Source: the human T2T-CHM13v2.0 reference genome, Homo sapiens
Direction: 5' to 3' (one strand)
NCBI RefSeq assembly: GCF_009914755.1
Contig: NC_060937.1
DNA: 64,000 bases
This document shows, in pieces, positions 42,441-55,739 of the stretch; position 1 is the stretch's first letter, and each line of letters begins with the position of its first letter. The position numbers and the translations under genes were made by a program. The notes under the pieces were generated by a model, which made no database searches, was not told where the DNA came from, and saw nothing but the letters and a program-made list of their open reading frames with translations.

Positions 42441-43048
42441 TTCTTGCTCCTAGAAGGGCAAGATTGAGGAAGGTGAGTTGACTCTTGTTTTCACAAAGTT
42501 TATTCTCTAGAAGGTAACAGACTAATAAGCAATTATTTCAAAGTAGAGAAATGGCTCTGAGATCATAAAAGGCAGGCTTCCGGGTAGATGGAGGTATTAG
42601 GGAGGTCCTTGTACAGGAAGCGGTTTCTAGGGAGACCTGGGGGAAGAGTACTGCCGGGTGGCAGATAGGAATGAGCAGGCCCCCTGAAAGGTCAGCCATG
42701 GGAGAAGGCTTAGAGATGAGAGGAAAAGGACGTTTAGAGCAGGAAATGTAAAAAGAGGAATGGGAAGAGATGAGATGAGAAAGTGGGCAAGAATCTGATC
42801 AAAGAGCATCATGTGGTTCATGTTAACAATTAGGCATTTTCCTAGGGACAGTGGGGAGCCTCTGAAGTATTTTATGAGTCTGTTTGGCATTTTAGAAAAA
42901 TTACCCTGACTCAATGTAAAAAGGGGATTGGATAAAACAGGCAAATGTGTTAGCTCACTGCTGGGTTGAACTACTCTGTTGGGGTATAGCCCTGAACTTA
43001 CAGTTAGGGACATAGTTAGCTCTCCTAATTATGGTGTACTTTAGTTCT

Positions 43049-43230
43049 AGTGGTTCTCAAACCTGATCAGTAGAGCCAACCAGTGAGCTTTTAAAAAGGC
43101 ACATTCCTGCCATCCCCCTGCGTCACCTAATTCAGAGAATCTGGAGAAATGACCACACACCGTGCTATGTCCTTGCGCCATTCATAGGTGACTTACGTAC
43201 TGGTGAGTATATCTTTGAGGGGACCACCAG
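43049..43230. mobile_element. MER5-family-like MITE relic
   Basis: TAGTGGTTCTCAAAC terminus, GAGCTTTTAAAAA...ATTCCTG, AATTCAGAGAATCTGG. Confidence 0.55.
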
Positions 43231-44273
43231 CTCATCATTGTCCACTCTGGACCATTCCAACTTTGGAATCCAGGAGGCTGTCTCACAATGGGAGATGCCA
43301 CATAGCAGCCTACAAACACATTCCTCTCACAGCCATGCCCAGCAGGAGCCCTAAGTTATCCATATTGCCTCTTACAACATCCGTAATAGGCTTATTCCAA
43401 ATGTGTCTTCTGCAATAAAGTTGTTCTTGATCATTCTAATCAGACATGATTTCTCATTCCTTTGCATTCCCATAGGACTTTGCACTGTATGATAACCTTT
43501 ATCATTTTGCACATTATAATCTCATTTCTTAAATCCTGAGACTTGGTTGGTTTTTGGTTTTGCCTAGGGTAATAACTTGTCAATACCTATTTAATTGACC
43601 CGCTTACAGATATAATAGGGGGAGGATGGCTTCAAAGAGAAAACATACAAACTCATTTTTTAAAAGCCTGTATCTTTGAACACAAAGATGAAAAGTAAAA
43701 TAAACATTAGCTCAAGAGGAGACCAGAGGTTGTAGAATATTGTATTGTCATGCCTGGAGAAAAATAAACACTCGATTTCCAGATTTTTTCACTGGGATTC
43801 TAAAGCATCAGAATAAAGCAAATCGACTTTAGGGGAAAATAGAGGTAGAAAGATAATGGGGTTCTTGCAAGTAATCCCCTGGAGGGTACAGGCAAAAAAG
43901 AAAGGTCCTTTAAGGAAACAGAACTTCGTAACAGTTATGGGTGTAATATTTACCATATGTCCCATATGTTTTCAAATTACAAAAGTGCAACTCTTTCCCA
44001 CAGCGCATTTGCAAGTGGACCTGACAACCCCAGGCCACAGAAATCAAAGACGGTAATCTACCATAAATTCTGCCACGCTAGATGGAACGAATATCTGTCA
44101 GATTTTTTAACTTAAACTTCTCTTCCTTTAAGAAGGCAGCATCTGGCTCTAAACTGCACATTTAATTTAAAAATCCTTTAATAACAGCATTAATTCTCAT
44201 CGTTTTGCATTCTAGCAGTCTGTGACAAGCAAGCATGCGCTGCGTGCGTCAGGCAACCAGACTGCAAAGAGGA

Positions 44274-44341
44274 GAGGAGGCTGGGGAAGCCGAGGCGAGA
44301 GTTCAGGGAGGAGGCCGGGGAAGCCGAGGCGAGAGTTCAGG
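44274..44341 (+). repeat. 34-bp GC-rich tandem duplication
   Basis: GAGGAGGC(T/C)GGGGAAGCCGAGGCGAGAGTTCAGG twice, 1 mismatch. Confidence 0.93.
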
Positions 44342-45857
44342 GGGCACTGTTTGCCTGGAGCCCTGCTCCGAGATCAAATCAGGGGCCGAGGACGTGTGAT
44401 AACGAAGGAATAAAAGTTAGAATTCTTTTTGTCTAAGCAGAAGATATCTTTCAAATAGGACAATGCACTTGAAGCTTATAAAAAGCAAACTGGGCCCTTA
44501 AGAAGGAGAACTCAGCAGTGGTGACAAAGGCCAAGAATCCTGATCTTTGGACACGAAGTTAGACTTGGCTTCAATTGCAATTTCTAATGATCTTATTTTT
44601 GTGCTCTCCCTTAACCCTGGCTCAGTGCTTATCTTTTTAAATGACTTGTTCCCTTTCATTGAAAAAGCAAAACTGGGAACCTCTCACAAAGTAAAGGCCA
44701 CACACCCTCTGTCCCCACCCTAGGGCAGGGCGTGCAAGGAGGGAGGTGCCCTACTAAGAACTGAGAATTTACTAAGAGTAAATTCCTCCCTAACGCTTAG
44801 CAGCCTGACTTAGGAAAGAGGGCAGGGTGGCTGTGATCCAGAAGCTGAGGGTGTCCCCAGAGATATAAGGAAGGGGATGTGCTGCAGTGACACACCTGGC
44901 TTAGGGGGAGAAGGCAGGAAGGGCAGAAACTAGCTGGGTTGGGGGGTGGGGAGGCAGGAAGGGAAACCGAGTTTGGAAGAAAGGGCCCCTTCTAGTGAGA
45001 CTGAGTAAGCACAGAAAAAAAAAAAAGCCCCTGCTTTGTGTGGCCTCCCTAGAGCCTGGGGAATTTGCAGGAGATAAAAGGCCAGACATTTCCCCCTGAA
45101 GACTGCAGGGTAGCACCTTTGTTTGTGAATGGCACACACCCTGGGGTGGGGATTCCTTTGCGGTTGCCATGACGGCCTGTCACACAAAGTTACATGTCCT
45201 GCTCTCTCCTCCCTGCCGCCCCAGCTGTCTTAAAATGGCCTGGATTTTAACTTCTGCATTCAGAATGGAGGAACTTTGCTTCTTAGGGTTTCTAACGCAA
45301 ATGACCTAATTTTAAAGTCCATTTCCCTCCGCCGGCCGAGCAAATCTACATGAAGGGTACCCTGAGAATATTTTATTTTTGTATTCAGTGCCTTTTCAAA
45401 TTTTCTGTTTTATGTAAAGCTGTGTTTGGGGCATTAACAATGCATAACGATAACCACTTAACAAACACTGCGAAGGGAATCTGAAGTAGGTGGCCTCTAG
45501 GGTGGGGGAAGAAAGAATAGAAAGATAATTCTCTGAGACCGAAGAAATATTTCCCTAACTATGATTTCACAGTAAAAGTTTCCTAATAAAAAAATGTTGT
45601 AAAGGAGGGTCTTTTAAAAAGTGGTCTGTGGTCTGACCCCTCTTCAAATTTACTTTTATGACTAATGTTGGGTGACCAAGCAATTATTATACTACTGAAA
45701 AATCTCATTAACTGCCTGAAAAATCAGCCAGTAAAGTGGGCCATGTCTGGTTTCTGCTCAACCTCATAAAACCTTTGAAGTCCCATAAGCGACCACATAA
45801 TGACAGTAGAACTGGGGATGCCTCGACAACCTTCTTTCCTTCAGTCCCTCAGCTCGG

Positions 45858-45955
45858 CTCTAGAAGGCAGGCCCTGAACACCAGGGATTTTTGCCCACTC
45901 TATTCACAGTGTCCCTGGCACGTAAGAGGTGCTCAGGAAATATTTGTTAAGTAAG
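45858..45955 (+). mobile_element. L2 3' end
   Basis: CAGTGTCCCTGGCACGTAAGAGGTGCTCAGGAAATATTTGTT. Confidence 0.7.
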
Positions 45956-46650
45956 AGAAATTTAATTATTGTGATATCTGAGGGATTAAAGCCAAAAGTT
46001 AACCATAATAATATCCTAGATGATTTGAGGAAAATAAAACATTTATGCTGGGAACTTTTTTTAGATAAGATGTTAACTTGTATTTTCTTTCCCTGCATAT
46101 TAGATCCCTTTTCTTCTCTCTGTTGAAGCCAGTAGCATGGGCTGAGCCTGTTTCCTCAAGGGCTCCATAAAGTCATATCCCAGCAAAAAGCCTAGTATGG
46201 TGTTTCTAAAATTACCTAACCTTTGTTGCAGACAAAATATCCTTGCAATAATCACGAAGAGAGAAAGATTTTCTCAAGCCAAGAAAGAGATGGTCAAGGC
46301 TGGTTGGAGGCACGCTGGTAAGAATGGAGTTCTGTGGATCTTGGAGCAATGAATATTTGTCAGAAGCAGATCTTTGGGGCTGGCAAGAGCTCAGATTGGG
46401 GATGGTTACAGTTGGAGGAACCATGAGCAGCCTAGAGAAGACCCTTATGCACCAAGTGTGGTAGGGGAGCCCCAGAGTCAGGAGCGCCTGTCCTGTGGGC
46501 ACAGTGAGCTTGAGACAGCTGTCTTGGAAGAAACATTTGAACAGGGCTTCACACTTCCAAGGTCTTGACCTTCCTCAGACCCCCTGAATACAGGTCTCAG
46601 AGGAGGGAAGGGGAAAGTCAAGATACACTGAGGTCAAATGGTCCTGCAAG

Positions 46651-47028
46651 GGTATTAGTCTGTTCTTATACTGCTGTAAAGAATTTATCGAGACTGGGTA
46701 ATTTATAAAGGAAAGAGGTTTAATTGATTCGCAGTTCAGCATGGCTGGGGAGGCCTCAGGAAACTTACAATCATGGCAGAAGGGGAAGCAAACACGTTCT
46801 TCTTCACACGGTGGCAGGAATGACAAGTGCCACGCAAAAAAGGGAAACCGTCTTATAAAACCATCAGATCTCACGAGAACACGCTCACTATCACAAGAAA
46901 AGCATGAGGTGACTGCCCCCACAATCTCATCGCCTCTCACAAGGTTCCTCCCCCAACACATGGGGATTACAATTTGGATTACAATTCAAGATGAGATTTG
47001 GGTGAGGACACAGAACCAGACCATATCA
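46651..47028 (-). mobile_element. THE1C/D MaLR solo LTR
   Basis: GTATTAGTCTGTTCT...GAGACTGGGTAATTTATAAAGGAAAGAGGTTTAATTG...GGCAGAAGGGGAAGCAAACAC...ATTCAAGATGAGATTTGGGTG...CCATATCA; 5-bp TSD GCAAG/GCCAG. Confidence 0.93.
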
Positions 47029-48899
47029 GCCAGCTATGCAGGAAGGGGTCCCAAAATACCATTTAAATTAGCTCATAGAAAATATATTGCTCTTTCTTCT
47101 GGTACAACGTGAGTTTTTGAATGGAGATTTGCACGGAGTATACACTATTTTAAAGCAATGCATTTTAGAGCAAACACAGATATACTTCGTATTCATATGA
47201 ATTTATAAAAGCAAATTCATACTTCAAAGAAACATCATGCTCCCTTGGGCTGTGACTTCTGTCTCACTCAACTATCGGTTCGATGAAGCAGAAACTGTGT
47301 TTTGCCTGTAATGTCTTCCCAGGGCCTGACACATCACCTCACTCAGAGGAGGTACCAAATATTTGTTGAAATAATAAATGAATGCATGACCTCCTCTGCA
47401 TGCATTCAATAGAAAATTTTCAGATATTCTCAAGATGATGCAAAATATATGTACACACCAGGCACTATACCACTGTCTATTTTTAAAAACATGGTTTTCT
47501 TAGGCAGATGTGTATCATTAGCAGGTGTAACTACGAATGATCCTATGGGTCTGATGATATGAGCAGATTAAACACCCTCTCACATTCGTTTGCATTCTCT
47601 CTTGGAGCCAGACTCTGAATAAAACAAATATTAGCTCTCTGCCTTTTATATGTTGTTTTCTTCTTTAGGTTCTTTCCAGCCATTCTGTGTCCAAATGGCT
47701 TTACAGTAGTGTATCTTCAAGATGCCTATTCTTTATACTTTTACTTTCCAACCATTCCCAATCTGAGAAACTTTTTCTCATCCAGTGCATGTCAGTACCC
47801 GGTGAGATAGATATATTTGGTACGTATCAGTAGAGGCATATTCTGTTGCTTTCTTCTCAGCACAAATCATAATTAACACCTGTCAGACTGGAGACAGTGA
47901 TATGTGTACTTTGAGCATGGCTGAAGGAAAGGGAAGACGTGGGTATAGTCAGGGATAGCATCAAAACTTTGTACTCCCTGCAAGGGCAGGGGCATCCCCA
48001 ATCAGAGCAGTGACCACAGCAAAAAGCACAGCCTCCCCTTAAACTACCAGCACAGCCTCACTGGTGTGCACCACCTGAGCATCCCGCCAGGTACCCGTCA
48101 TCAACCCAACTCATCACCTCCAACGGAACAACCAAGAGGTGCGGTGTTATCACGGGTACGGATCTGCTTCCCACCTTTCACCAGAATACCTCCATGGCCT
48201 CTCCCTCAGCCCACGTGTTGACTTTGCCTGTCTTCAGCTTTGCTGCTATTTTAAACTTGGCTTTCCTGGTCAGCCTGGTGCAATCAGACCACAGGCACGA
48301 ACCCTTTTACGACGTATCTTCCGCCCAGCCCTTCCCCTTCATTCTCCTGCCTCCACCCCAATCCACGTCCTATCTCCTTGCACAAGAATGACTGTAACAG
48401 CTTCCATACCCTTGGTCTCTCTGCCCCTGGTGAGTCCATTCTTCACACCTCTTGGCGTTAGTCTAATTAAAACCCTGTCTGTTCTGTCCCTCTACTATTC
48501 AAAAGATTGTAGTGGCACTAATTGCTCTAAGGAAAAATTCCAAATTCTTTGGAAACTTTCAAAGCTCCATCTTCCATTCATTCAGGCAACAAGTTTTAAT
48601 TGAGCAGCCACTGTGTTGCACATACACTTTTAGGTACTGGGGATTCAGAGAGGAAAAAGGACAAAGATCCTTCCCCGTTTTATGGAGCTTTATCTACTCA
48701 GTCAGGCCCTCACTGGGACAGAAACACATACCAAGCCCATGACTGTTTGGGGCTTTTGTTTGTCTTGTTCCCCTTTCTTTCTGACTCACTTTTAATACTT
48801 TAGAATTCATCAGTATCCTTGGAGCAGTGTGCCAACCTCCCCTGTGGAGCAGCTGCCATTCCCATGGGCTCCCTCCTCACAACAGACCTGTCCTACCAG

Positions 48900-49120
48900 G
48901 ACCAGAAAAGAATGTGACCCTCCAGCTGACACTTTTTACCCCTTTTTCTTATTGTACTTAGGTTTTCATATTGCTTGTTGCTCCACTAAAGTATAAGCCT
49001 CTGCCCATGGGACACGGCTCTGTTGGGCTTGTTCTCTGCTCTGTATCCAGCAGCGAAAACAGTGCACAGCATGTAGTGTGTGTCAACAGATATCTGTTGA
49101 ATAAGTCAGGGAAGGAAGAA
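48900..49120 (+). mobile_element. L2 3' end (more L2 debris from ~48220)
   Basis: CTCCACTAAAGTATAAGC...GGGACA...CTTGTTC...TGTATCC...AACAGTGC...GCATGTAG...ATATCTGTTGAAT. Confidence 0.7.
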
Positions 49121-49199
49121 TAAATGCATTGCCATTCTTAAATGGCTTTTCTTGCATTAAATGATTGTATTCTAGTTTTCTGTAGGAATATCTATAGGT

Positions 49200-49400
49200 C
49201 ATAATAATGATAGCTGATATTTATGGCATGCTTACTAAGTACCAGCCATTGTTCTAAGCAATTTTACCCATACTATTTTACTTCATCCTCACTACAATCC
49301 TTTGATGTGGGTTTTGTTATTATACCCATTGTAAAGAAGAGAACACTGAGGCACAGTGAGCAATTCACCTAGTCTAAGATTAAAATGCAATTGGTTCACC
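49200..49400 (-). mobile_element. MIR SINE
   Basis: AATGATAGCTGATATTTAT...TGCTTACTA...TCCTCAC...TTATTATACCCATT...GAGAACACTGAGGCACAG. Confidence 0.85.
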
Positions 49401-49450
49401 CACAATACAAGCTGTTCCCAGTATAATGGCATGTATATTCATAACCACCT

Positions 49451-49634
49451 TGTCTTAATTACCTTGGTGTATCATAACAAAATACCATGTATGGGTGGCT
49501 TAGAAAACAGAAATATATTTCTCACAGTTCTGGAGGATGAGAAGTCCAAGATCAAGGTCTTGGGCAACCTTATTCACATCCTGATGAGGGCCCTCTTCCT
49601 GGCTGGTGGATAGCCACTTGGCAAAGACAGAGAA

Positions 49635-49672
<38 letters not shown>

Positions 49673-49853
49673 CACTCTGTTATTTCTCTTTATAAGAGCA
49701 CTAATCCTAACACATTAGCACATCACCCTATGACTTCATCTTACCTTAATCACCTCCTGAGGTCCTAACCTCAAATCCAGTCACATTGGTGATTAGGGCT
49801 TCAGCATATACATTCTTTTGTAGAGGGTGAGCACAAACATTCAGTTCATAACA
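49451..49853 (-). mobile_element. MLT1A-like MaLR solo LTR with internal (GA)n expansion
   Basis: CATAACAAAATACCA, TTTCTCACAGTTCTGGAGG...GAAGTCCAAGATCAAGG, TTATAAGAGCACTAATCC, ACATTCAGTTCATAACA. Confidence 0.88.
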
Positions 49854-50122
49854 CCGGTTCTCCCTTCAGCCCATAAACATTTCTCAAGCACCTTCAGTGG
49901 GTTGGCACTTGAGAAGAGGAATAAATCAAGCTAACTCTCCACCTTCAAAGATATCTCTTCCTAGGGGAGAAGACACATGAGCAAAATTTCAGTATAATGA
50001 CAGAAGTTCTCTAATAAAATTATGAACCTATGTTCATAGCTATGAGCACAGAGGTGGAAGCACACCACCTGCAAAGGTCAGAGAAGTCTTTGCAGGGAGC
50101 CACATTTAGACTCTGTCTAGGG

Positions 50123-50339
50123 CAAGTGTGCCCAACCCGTGTCCTGCAGGTCACATGCGGCCCAGGGTGGCTTTGAATGTGGCCCAACACAAATCTGTAA
50201 ACTTCCTTAAAACATTATGAGATTTTTTTTTTCTTTTAGTTCACTTACTATTGTTAGTGTCAGTGGATTTTATGTGTGTCCCAAGACAATTTTTCTTCTT
50301 ACAATATGGCCCAGGGGAGCCAAAAGATTGGGCTCCCAG
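50123..50339. mobile_element. MER30 (hAT-Charlie) MITE within an antisense L2
   Basis: GCTTTGAATGTGGCCCAACACAAAT...CTTAAAACATTATGAGA...GCCAAAAGATTGG; 8-bp TSD GTCTAGGG/GTCTAGAG. Confidence 0.92.
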
Positions 50340-52798
50340 GTCTAGAGTAACATAGAACAGTGCCATGCAGTTGATAGGAAGTTAGAGATCCCAGACTTTA
50401 GGAGCAACGTTTGAAAAGCCTCAAGGCCCTGGTAGCATGAACCTTTTAGAACATTTACCATTAGTTTGGTAATGCTTGAGCTGGGAGACCCATGTGAAGG
50501 GATTAGGCCAGAATTCCAAGCGAGGGGCCCACATGGACATCTGTATGCCATAGAAAGCATGGACTTCTTCCTGGTGCATTTTAAACAGGAGAGGGATGTA
50601 GTAGTGAGGTTGGGAACACGGATGGATGGAAACAGCAGGAGTAAGTGACAACAGAGAACAGGCCAGGTGGAAGTGCTACATATTCACAGAAGAAATGGTG
50701 CCTTAGGAGGCTGAATGGTTTGAATAAGGGACTAAATGCCTTGCCAGAAAGGAAGGAGCAAGAGAGCACCCAAGGTTTCTGGTTTGAATGCTGAATAAGT
50801 GAGGGCTCCTTTAACTGACTTGGAAAATATCTTTCAGCTGAGAAATGCTACCATCAAGATAGCGATGGCTTGGAGACAATTATCTCGACTCCACCCGGAG
50901 TTTAGCAGTGACTTTTGGAATCAGAATATAGATTTTGGAGTCGTCAGCTAATAAATTGGCCATTTATTAGCAGCCCTAGACAGTGACAATAGAGGGTTAG
51001 GGAAGCACCAGGTCATTCTGGGAGTAGGGGCCCCACGTGCCTGGAGGAGTCACCTTCTCACGAAGCCTGCCCTGATGGGGAGAAGCGAGGGAGACAGAGA
51101 AATGGAGATTTGGGGAACACGGAGGGCAAAGGCAATGCTCTGGTGGATGCCGAAGAAACGATTGCAGTGAACTCACAGGCAAACAAGAGTCTGCAAATAC
51201 AAGTCACATGCTGGAAGAAAAGTTTAGTCTATTAAATATGGGCATTTTCTCCCTTGAGATTATTTTTAACAAAACCCTGCATTAGATTAGGAAGTTTATT
51301 AAATTCCATGTCAAAACGAACATCAGACCCATTATCTGAGCCTCCCAGGGAGGGTAAGCAATTTGTGCTATAACAATAGCTAGTAAAAGTGAAAACTAAA
51401 TGCTGGGCCACCACCTCACAGTGATGCGTGGTTATTGCCGCGAAGACTCAGGCCAGCAGCCCAGCTCCCCAAGGCCCCGTGCAGCATTACAGAGCTGAAG
51501 GATTTGCCAGGGTCCCAGGGCTGGCCCCACTTTACAAGCTGCTACTCAGGGGCAGAGGCACATTTTCTGAGCTCATTAGACTAAAGTGTAAAGCAAGAAT
51601 GCCAGTGTAATAAGTTCAGAGAAATAAAGCTGTCACACAGCCTCAATTAGCAAGACCAAGACATTCTGTCCCGAAGGTTAAGCCATTGGACAAATCGAAT
51701 CACCGTCAGGAGCCTCTTTGTTGAGATACCCCAAAGATTGACTGCATAAGGACCTGATATTCAAAGTAGTGTGTGCAGCTCTTTCTCCCTGTATACCAAG
51801 CCAACTTATTCATTAACTATGAGAATTTACTGTGGCAGGAACCAAAACACTTTAAATTCACAGACCTTCCCAGGGGAAGCCGATCCACAATCAGAATCTT
51901 CTTGTGAGCACAGACTAATCACCAAGGGGTGAGAGTACTGGGTATTTAAATGGCATCAGGCAAAGGTGTGCTGAGCTGCGCATCTCACGGAAGGGACAGC
52001 TTCTGCTACTAGGAGATTATTTGGCGAAGCTCCGCCCATTGCCATTGCACTTGAGAGGTTCTTACCAAGGGAGCCAGGTGCTCAGGAGTCCCTCGGCCAG
52101 TGTGCCTCTCTTCTCTAGAGGGATGGTAGCAACACATGCCTGTGAGACTCTTCTTCATGTCCATTGCAGACACTGGGTGCCTAATGGAAACATTTTGTTT
52201 TTCTCCAGATATGGAAATGAATGTAAGCTGCACTGCAGTCTCACAAGCCCTGTGGGTCTGTTAGAGGGTCGTTTTGCACATCTGTACTTGCTGCTTTAGG
52301 TGTTGATGTTGCAGCTGAACCTGCAATAGGCAAGCTTATTTCCTTCCTAAGAGAATGTGGGGATGTCTTGCTGTGTCTCTTAACTTTGCAAAATTGTAAA
52401 GTGCAGGAGTCCAGGCTGAAAGCCTGGTGTGCTGGATCCTAGTCCCTGGTTCTTTCCAAAACTCGAGTCCCTCATCTGCTCTCTCCGGAGCAGGCTCGCT
52501 CAAATGTTTTGCTCAGTTGTCCTTTCCAGCTCTGAGTCTCTGGTCTATAGTTCTGCAGTATTCACTGAGCAGCAGCCTTAAGTATGAATGATTATGAGGA
52601 AGAGATTAAAAGAAGAGGAACTATTCTCAAGAGCCTATAGTTTTAAAAATCTGCACCCTTCAATTCTGATTTAGATTTAAATCTAGCTCTTGGTGTGAAT
52701 CTTATTTTAAATTTCATGAAAATTGGAAACAGCACGCGCACCGGACGGTGATGATGCTGCCCATGACTTTCCCTCTTTCTCCTTGCTGTAGTCCACCC

Positions 52799-53005
52799 CA
52801 GCGCTTCTTGTAGGGTGTTCCCTGGACCAGCAGCCTCAGCATCAACTGGGAACTGCTTAGAAATGCAAAGCCTTGGCCCCACCCCATGCACACAAAATTG
52901 GAAAGGCTGGGGCGGGACCAGTAGTCTTGTTTTAATCACATAGAGCCGCTCTCTACTCTGATTCAATGCGTGACTTCAATGCACACTCAGTCTGAGAACC
53001 ACCAT
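52799..53005. mobile_element. MER5A MITE
   Basis: CCTGGACCAGCAGCCTCAGCATCAACTGGGAACTGCTTAGAAATGCAAA...TGAGAACCAC. Confidence 0.88.
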
Positions 53006-54120
53006 TCTAGCTTTGAATACTTTAGTAAATATCAGGACTTTAAAAGAATAAAGAAAAATCAAACGAGAGCAGTTACAATAATTCTTTGGCTCTTAGGTGA
53101 AGGCGTGGCCATCTTTATGTATACTAGGTCATAGTTGGTTAAAATTAGAGTTTAACTGAAATCATCTGCTTGTTTTCACTTAGCTAAAGAATTCCTGACC
53201 CACATGATCTCGGGCTGCAAAATTAATATTCTGGAAAAGTCAACTGACATTATTTGCAAAGGCTCAGATCACTTTCTGATAGGTTTATTTTAAATCCATT
53301 GACCTGTTTTATCTGACTAGATAGACCAAACAAACATGAAATAATTGAACTTCCTCCAGTGCCACTTTCTAGCATCCCTTCTCTCAAACCCTGGAGTAAA
53401 TACACGGATATACATAATTTTATATAAAGATCAAACTCCAATTAAACACAATGAGATTTCTTGTCTCAGTGTCATAGTTGCACACTTCATAGAGAGGAAG
53501 TAAGACAAAGGTCCTCAGAAAATAAAAAATGTGAATGACATAAAAAGGAGTAATTTAATATCATGTTAACTCATTCTATATGATACCAGGTAATGCTGCG
53601 TCATGGCAACGACACGGTGTAAAGTATTCCCATATGATTTTGGAACCATTAATATGAGAATTCCATATTTCATAACATCAACAAACCAGATGAACCTCAT
53701 CCACTTAAAGTAGAGAACAGTGGAAAGAACAAATGTCTTGTGAAGAGTGGAAATGAGAACAATGTGTCTGAGGTTAAACAATGGAAAGAAGTTAACGGAT
53801 GTTGTGCATGAAATAATTATTTCTACAGTGCCATTTCTGCATTTAGTTTATGAGCATGTCAGGGTGTACGATCCAGGCATACTTGAAGAAAAGAAATGCC
53901 AATCCACATGACGTGTGGAGAAAGTCACTGCAGAAATAGCAAGTTCCATAAAAGCCTTATTAAAATTGAATCTCTGAAAAAACAAAGCTTATCTGGCCAG
54001 AGTATACATATATGAGATGGGCCTGTGACTCATTTAAGCCCACTATGAGCTTTTATGAATGAAATATTTCTTCAACTATTTGATAATCTAAAGGGATTAG
54101 GAGATAGGAATTTATATAAA

Positions 54121-54146
54121 AACCAAACCAAACCAAACCAAACCAA
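54121..54146. repeat. (AACCA)5 pentanucleotide repeat
   Basis: Direct inspection. Confidence 0.9.
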
Positions 54147-54989
54147 AAAAACCTCATAACATTTAAATTGCTACCACGATGAACAACAGTGTCCTAATTT
54201 TTATCTAGGCTGATTTTACACATTCTGGATAGTTATTGTGTAGGCAAATGATGTGTTAGATGCAGTATTAAAGTTAAAAGTCTCTGTTTTTAACCTCACA
54301 TAAATTTCCAAAATAATGGGCAACAGTATGAAGACTCATTAGGCACTTAATCTTACAGAGAGAATATAATAACATTGCAAAAGTAAAACAAGTCTAGAAT
54401 TATTTTGCATGTTAAAAATTAAGGGACTGTGACTCAGACAGGTCTAGTGATTTATTCAAAGTCACAAAACCACATATAGTTGGATTTAGGACATTGCCCC
54501 TCAATCTAGTACCCATTCTTAGTAGGTGGTAGATTTGATAGAGACGGGTCCGTACCGTTCCGTTCCAAGGGATATTTAGGACACAGCTCATAGGGAGGTA
54601 AACTGCTGAAGGCCAACTCCTTTCAGACTGGCCTCTTCAAGAGGCCCATGGAAGTCATTATGGACTAGTGCTTAGGCATTCAATATGGGTCAAGGTGTGA
54701 GCTTGCAGCTGAAACCAGTTTCTGCCACAAGTCCTTGGCTCCAGTATCCTGATCACACCAGGAGAGGGACTGGGGCAGCTCAAGTGACGCTGTCCAGTGC
54801 GGGGATCCCGGCTGCAGAATCTCAGGGCTGGAGTCCGACATCTGGCCACACTAGGTATCCAGACACTGGCCTAGAGAGTAGTGTGCAACAAGCCCCTGAA
54901 CTCTGCTTTTCCACTCTCCCTATTTGGAGAATTCACCCGCACATACACACATAATCCAGAATGCCCGGCATGTGGCTGCTTGCTCCTTC

Positions 54990-55450
54990 ACACTATGGCT
55001 TCGTGACAATATCATTCCTGTGACGCTGCCATCACTCAAACACTTCCATGTTTGAAATTCCTTTTGTGAATCATTTTCTAAGCTTTTCTTTGGAATTTTG
55101 TCATTGGTAAACAATCTTCAGACTTTGTATGTGGCCTTCATTTCTGGATAGGGGGGAAAAGGCAATGGCTATTCAGAGCCAAGTTTGGTGAATAAGGGTG
55201 AATAATCCACCTGCATAATGTTATTTGGTCAAAATAAGTGCTGTGCCCAGAAGAAATAGATGGATTATGTTTTTAGTTCCTAAACTGACTCCAAGAGTAA
55301 TTCCAAGAGAAGAGTTGTAAGCACATTTGAGTAACATCAATCATTAAACAAATTCGTAATATTAAGGAAGGTATTTGAAGAATAGTACTTATCGTCTGAA
55401 TAAGTTTTAGGGTTTTGTTAAAAAAATGTAATAGATTCTATCCATATTGC
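54990..55450. mobile_element. MARNA-like (TcMar-Mariner) non-autonomous element
   Basis: CAGAGCCAAGTTTGGTGAATAAGG, TTTGGTCAAAA, AATTCCAAGAGAAGAGTT, TTTGTTAAAAAAA match recalled MARNA motifs. Confidence 0.65.
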
Positions 55451-55739
55451 AAAGGCACAACACACGTAATTGCTCAACTCTTGTCTTCAACTCAATCATT
55501 CATGTCCTCCTCATCCCCCTAGGAGAAGTTCTATACACATACCTGCTTAGCAAACTGAAAAATTTGAAACCTTGAAACGTTAAAATAAGACTCAACATAG
55601 TGTTTCTATGCCAAAAAAAGAAGTACATTAGGAATATTACTCTTACTGAGTCAAAATGTTTAACAAGTCCAGATAATACCCTCTGAATCAGTGCCTCAGT
55701 AAATCCAAATGCACGCATGTGACAACACAGTCAATAGTA

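Noticed and set aside
45487-45507. CTCF-like word GTGGCCTCTAGGGTGG
   Set aside because: Lacks the conserved GGC end of the core motif; too weak to call.
46575-47112. 128-aa and 123-aa overlapping ORFs
   Set aside because: Both lie largely within the THE1 LTR.
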